Assembly: GCA_951406725.2 (NCBI GenBank)
Contig: OX597821.1
Span: 15,004,001-15,068,000, forward strand
Direction of reading: 5' to 3'
Source of the DNA: Octopus vulgaris
Taxonomy: Eukaryota
Length of the DNA stretch: 64,000 bases
Under the pieces are notes generated by a model that searched no databases, had not been told where the DNA came from, and saw nothing but the letters and a program-made list of their open reading frames with translations. Shown here in pieces: positions 57,112 through 64,000 of this stretch. Every line of letters begins with the position of its first letter. Position 1 is the first letter of the stretch. The position numbers and the translations under genes were made by a program.

Positions 57112-58118
57112 TATAAAATAATTATTTTTACTATATGATTTTTGTTTTCTAGATAAAAAAATTGTGACCGTATAAATTTTTAAATAATTTTTTTTGTTTA
57201 TAGGGAAAATGGAAAAATAAGAGTGAATATTTATTTTATGGGTGCTATTCTATAAAATTGTGCATGAAGTATATAAAGTATATATATATATATAAAGTGC
57301 ATGATGTAATCATCGTATTCCAATTTCCTTCACTTTTCAATAGATAACAGATGAGCGACTTATCTTTTGATACAGACACAACACTGGCTACGCCTTCAGG
57401 TCTTTTGGGTAAAGTTTTCAGGAATAACCGAAAAAGGTTAATATTAATTCCGTGAAATATTCACAGGTCACGCTAGTATATATAAATACACTCACACACG
57501 CTTACACACACTTTCTCATACACATACACTCTCTCTAACACACACAAAGACACATATATGCCTGCATCCGCACAAATTTTCATATACCAAATCCAGCAAA
57601 ATTAATGGTAGAAGTCACAGCACATCACGCTCAAAATGTTCAACTATTCAGATATAATTACTTGTTTTCTGTTTCTCTTCTTTAAGCTATGGCTCTATAA
57701 AATATACATCAATAACGTATTGAACATTTCAGTGGGGTGTGTCTGAACTATGTTTCGTCAGAATTGACAAATATGTCTATTTAGACATATGTTGCGTATT
57801 ATCTTCTTGTTAAATGAATATAACTATGTTACTGATATAAAGAGAATTTGCCAAAATCTCTGTAATGTCTGACAAATGATGGAGCTTCTTTATGGTAGTG
57901 CTTCTTTATGAATTTAAATTATTATATATTTACCAATGAAACGTAAAATAACGGTCTGCGTAAAAGAAAACGAAATTGATATTTGGCGCTGCTGAAAAAC
58001 AAAAATAATGATATGCGACAGGTTCATTGCTACACATATATGAAGACTGAGAGAAAAACGAGATGAATGATGCACAAAAGAAAAAATAAAAGCAAATATT
58101 AAATGAACTGTGTGTGTG

Positions 58119-58214
<96 letters not shown>

Positions 58215-58369
58215 GCCGAAATTGTGAGGATGAACTGGTACTTGACTGAAGATAAAAAGGCTTCGAATGACCCGTTTGTGTTTTTTTGTGTATCGTTTAT
58301 CTGGATGTTTTGTTGTCCCACTTTGTATTTTATTTTACACACACACACATATATATATACACAAATACA

Positions 58370-58423
<54 letters not shown>

Positions 58424-58424
58424 T

Positions 58425-58548
58425 TATAAAATGAGATAGGGGTTGAAAATTCAACCCACCATGGGATAACATATATCCAATATACTGCTAGATAGGTACC
58501 TTTTATTGTTTTATTGATTTAAGTATGTTTCTCCATTTTCTAATTTTG

Positions 58549-58552
<4 letters not shown>
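58425..58552. mobile_element. Head-to-head fragments of the same family as 17436-18337, inside (TA)n
   Basis: 58425-58487 is the reverse complement of ~18277-18337; 58513-58552 matches ~18128-18168 in direct orientation. Confidence 0.75.
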
Positions 58553-58595
<43 letters not shown>

Positions 58596-58599
<4 letters not shown>

Positions 58600-58822
58600 C
58601 TGTAAATGTAATATGTGTCAATTATTCGGTAGCCATGATAAAACTCTGAGTTTCGGATGCCGAAGTGGAAATCCACCCCGCCATCTCTTCAGTTATCCGA
58701 CCACCGGAAAAAATGCTATGAAAAATGATCGTTATACGGCGTAGATTTCCACCTCGGCATCCTAAACTCGGAGTTTTATCATAGCTACTGAATAATTGTC
58801 ACATATTACATTTACAAATATA
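58596..58822. mobile_element. Fold-back insertion (~80-bp arms 58596-58678 / 58742-58822) inside (TA)n
   Basis: Arms are reverse-complementary; contains the HHR at 58637-58697. Confidence 0.82.
58637..58697 (-). ncRNA. Type-I hammerhead ribozyme motif
   Basis: gataa-CTGAAGA-gatggcggggtgg-attt-ccacttcggcatcc-GAAA-CTC-a-GAG-TT-ttatc. Confidence 0.75.
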
Positions 58823-58977
58823 TATAATGTATATATATATATGTATATATATAATACATATATACATGTATAGTATGTATATATATATATATATATATGT
58901 ATTATATTCGGAGTACAATCTAATTGCGTAGATGGTTAGTCCTGGTTAGGACGATGTAACTACCTTTTTTAACCTCA

Positions 58978-59848
58978 GGAAAACATCTCCAGCTGGCCAC
59001 CGATGCACAACTGCGTCTTTATATCTCGAACAAGGGAGTTAAATATCCCCATTCAGCCCTAAACCGTTTATATATATACTTATGTATGCGTGTGTCAATA
59101 TACAATTATAAATGAAAACACTCGCTATTTTTAAGTAGGGTAACATTTTTAATATCTTTATAAAATGAATAATTGACCGGAAAGCATCTTCATCAGCTGG
59201 CCACCGACGCACAACTGCGTCCTTATACCTCGAACAAGGGACCTAATATCCTCACTCAATCTTAAGCCGTTTATATATATATATGCATACTAGCAGTATC
59301 GCCCGGCGTTGCTCGGGTTTGTAAGGGAAATAACTATATAAGCATTTTTAGAGAGTTTTAGAGCCACAAAATAGCAAAAAAATGAATTAAAAATGGAAAA
59401 AAAATTATGGTAAATTTTTTTTTTAAATCGTTGACTCATCGTAGACATTTTTAGAGAGTTACTTCCCTTATGTAATAGCGAAAAAATGCATTAAAATGGC
59501 AAAAATGATGGTAATTTTTTTAAAAATCGTAGACTCATTGTAGACGCGCGCTAATACCCAGAAGGGCTCGATATGAATCACGACTATAAGATACCTGGTT
59601 TTGGTTAAACTGGACCGCAAAATGTGGGAGTAGTTAGGAATCTAAATCGTAGGAGACAGACACACAACTTCACTTTTATATATAAAGAAGAAGATATATA
59701 TATATATGTATAATATGTGTGTGTGAAATATATATGTGTGTAAATATATACATATACATATACAGATGTTTGATTTTTATATACAATTATAAATGAAAAC
59801 ACTCGCTATTTTAACATATTAAATATCTTTTTAAAAGGAATAATTGAC
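58978..59848. repeat. Two pairs of diverged direct repeats (58978-59070 / 59179-59272; 59098-59178 / 59780-59848), interrupted by a Helitron
   Basis: cagctggccaccga.gcacaactgcgtc..tcgaacaaggga occurs twice; atacaattataaatgaaaacactcgctatttt occurs twice. Confidence 0.7.
59290..59694 (-). mobile_element. Non-autonomous Helitron, same family as 53026-53420
   Basis: Reverse-complement match with TC start, hairpin and CTAG end at an AT target. Confidence 0.9.
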
Positions 59849-60329
59849 AGCCACTTTGACGTTCTGGCTAAGTATCCCTCATCGGGCAATCCGATTATGA
59901 ATACATAATTGAAACATTGAAGAATCGGTAAACCGTTTCCTTCTAAAATTATTATGCATGCATTTTTATACTGTCGTGTTTTCGAAACTTTCGACGAAAT
60001 GAAAATAGAAAAAACAAATGAAATAAAAGTGTAATGATTAGATCAAATCTCATTGACATTTCGAGGTTAGGCTCTTCTTCGGAAAATTAGAGAGTCACAA
60101 AACACAAAGAAGAAAATGTGTATTGGAAGGAAAGAAGCAAAAAGAAAAAAAAAAGAAATAGAAGTAAAAATACTGCCTGTTATTAACTCTTTTTCCTCTC
60201 TCTCTCCTACTGTACACATACATTTGTGTGTCTTTGTGCATGTATTTATAAAAAAAAAACAAAAGACGAAGACATGTGGTGTAGACAACAAACAGATGTA
60301 TTAGTATAACGCTCGGGAAGTGAAAAAGT

Positions 60330-60365
60330 CTTTAACATTTCGAACCTACGCTCTTCCACAGAAAG
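60330..60365 (-). ncRNA. Degenerate minimal hammerhead motif, relative of 3933-3967
   Basis: cttt-CTGTGGA-a-gagc-gtag-gttc-GAAA-TG-TT-aaag. Confidence 0.45.
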
Positions 60366-61689
60366 GAACACAGAAAGAGACAAGGAGAGAAAATAAAGAA
60401 TGTGTAGTGGCATGCATGTATTTACCTATGTATACAAGTACATACATGAAATGATGGGTAGCAAAAAATGAAGAAAAAGAAAATATAAACAAATAGAGTG
60501 AGAAAGAAAATCGGTACAGACTGATAAACAGAAAGGCAGATAAGGAATCTTTTTCAAATGTATTTCAAAGAGCAGAGATCCAGTATAAATAGACTGCAGA
60601 AATGAATAGCCGATTTAATTTCTCTCTCTTTCTCTCTCTCTCTCATTCTTTCTTTTCTATTATTTTACTTATTTTTTCTTCAGATAAACTATTTCAACTA
60701 CTTTAACTAACATCTAAATACAGAAACAAGCTGACATTAACAAGCAGCAGCGAAAACAAAATCACAACTACGACCACCACAATCACCAACATCGCAATCA
60801 GCCCCACCAATAATAACTACATCACCAGCAGCAACAGCTATAGCTACAACAATAAATAGTAACACCATTAGTTAATAAAATAATAAATAAAAGAGGTCCA
60901 ATTTGAGCCACCGACTTGGCACCAGCATCAAATCAGTTCTTTCATAACTAAATTTTATTCAATTTTTCTGCTCAATTTAAACTTCAAAATCATAGATTTT
61001 CACTGGAAGAACAGATGGATGCTTTCTCCGAAATTATCTTTAATGATGTTTCTACATATCAGTTTTGTTATTGTTCTCTTTTTGTTATTTATCTTGTTTT
61101 AAATTTATCATTTTCCTCAGCATATCATGCTTATTAATGAAAATGATGGAAAACTATTTCGCTATGTTGGTGGCAGGAAGAAATTTTGTCGTTGTTGTTG
61201 TTGTCGTTGTTGTTATCAAAAACAAAACAAGAACAGAAAAGTAAGAGTAAAAGTATTGAAAATGCTCTGCCAAATTATGCACAAAACATAACTGAAAGAA
61301 TCTAATTTAGATGAAGGTGTTTATATGTCTATTTCTGAGCAGAGCGTTTACGAACTTAATCTGCAAAGTGAGTGATGAGACAGGGAAATAAGTAGGAAGA
61401 CAGAATTGAATAGAGTGAGAAAGAAACTGAGAAGTGTAGAAAGATGGGAGGAGAGACAGAAGAGAAAACAAGAGAGAAGAGAGAGAGGAGCGAGACGGCT
61501 ATTTAGCAAAATATCTTGGAGATATTCCGCTAGTTAGGATGATAATATTCTCGAAATCTCTTTAAACAATTACGACGGAAAATAGCAAACAAAACTATTT
61601 CCATAATATCCATACATTCTTAGCAACCACAGAGACTGTAACTATTTAATAGTAAAGATAATTGTTTACGTAATGTACACAACCATATA

Positions 61690-63090
<1,401 letters not shown>

Positions 63091-63393
63091 CTACACGATT
63101 TTCAGTCGCCCCGATGCTTGGTTAAAACGGTAAAAAAGTATTGAGATATTGAGAAGGGTTTTCCGACTGGTTTTCCTTGATTATTAGGTACCTAGTCAAT
63201 AGGAATACGAATGATACCAATATATTAGGTAAATGTAAAGTGGAGAAAAATTGAAGGGGTGGGTTAAATAGACAGAGAAAAGCAAATCGAAAAAGGGGAC
63301 ACTTGGAGCAGATGGGATTTTCTGCTACGTTTCTTTCGATAAAAGAAAAATCTAACAAGAACAACTTATACTGCCACCTTCGCACTTACTTAA

Positions 63394-63441
<48 letters not shown>

Positions 63442-63443
<2 letters not shown>

Positions 63444-63960
63444 CTTATAAGAAAGGGCTAAAGAAGATATTTCTAAAGCCAATATATATCCACTTATAAT
63501 CCACTTGCTACAGGAAAAATTGAACTGAAAATCGGGCAACTAACCTTTAGCAAATTTAAATTTCGTTATCTCTATATTGAATCAATTTCGGAATTAATCC
63601 TATAAAGGATACATTCTTCGTCAGTAGAGCTTACAAGGGAATATAAATAAAATACTCACATGCGTTTATGGAAAAAGCAGAAGCTAAAAACATAACTACA
63701 TTTAAGTACATCATTTATATCTAAAAATAAACATTCCTTGGTCAGTCTCAGAACAACCTGTTGACTTTTCGCCGCTACATCTTGTAATGGTTACCAGTCC
63801 CCTGTAAGCAAGCAGTAATGAGTTTACTACTAACAAATATAGGATGAAGCCCCTTAGTTGCCCGATTTTCAGTTCAATTTTTCCTGTAGAAAGTGGATTA
63901 TAAGTGGATAATCAGTATATTGGCTTTAGAAATATCTTCTTTAGCCCATTCTTCTAAGAT
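63442..63960. mobile_element. Fold-back insertion: ~100-bp inverted arms (63442-63542 / 63853-63960) with an HHR in the spacer
   Basis: atcttataagaaagggctaaagaagatatttctaaagccaat...atcgggcaactaa versus its reverse complement; abuts (TA)n on the left. Confidence 0.82.
63570..63629 (-). ncRNA. Type-I hammerhead ribozyme motif
   Basis: ctcta-CTGACGA-agaat-gtatcctttataggatta-attcc-GAAA-TTGA-t-TCAA-TA-tagag. Confidence 0.75.
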
Positions 63961-64000
63961 GTTCATATTTCAACCGTAAAGGTTTTATTTAATATACTGC

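Larger units (their letters stand above)
56030..57476 (+). mobile_element. Deleted Helitron (5' boundary uncertain)
   Basis: Helicase remnant at 56400-56680; 3' hairpin ccgtgaaatattcacagg followed by CTAG|T at 57473-57476. Confidence 0.75.

Overview
Very AT-rich, microsatellite-saturated eukaryotic non-coding DNA (intergenic or a large intron). The tRNA-derived SINE families and repeat landscape resemble an octopus (cephalopod) genome; that assignment is from pattern recognition, not a search. I can support no host protein-coding exon. Nearly all listed ORFs are (TA)n/(CA)n artefacts or SINE read-throughs. Supported content: four tRNA-headed SINE families (called A-D here, several with clear TSDs), two decayed mariner transposons, four Helitron-type elements (one with a Pif1-like helicase remnant), an R4/Dong-like REL non-LTR retrotransposon remnant, a MITE and a Helentron/DINE-like fragment. 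The most striking signal is about ten sequence-diverse minimal type-I hammerhead ribozyme (HHR) motifs in Penelope-like 3' ends. Many sit in fold-back inverted-repeat insertions at (TA)n tracts with both 3' ends pointing outward. One tandem element combines a tRNA-like Pol III head with an HHR. All folds and alignments were done by eye, and coordinates of degenerate repeats are approximate.
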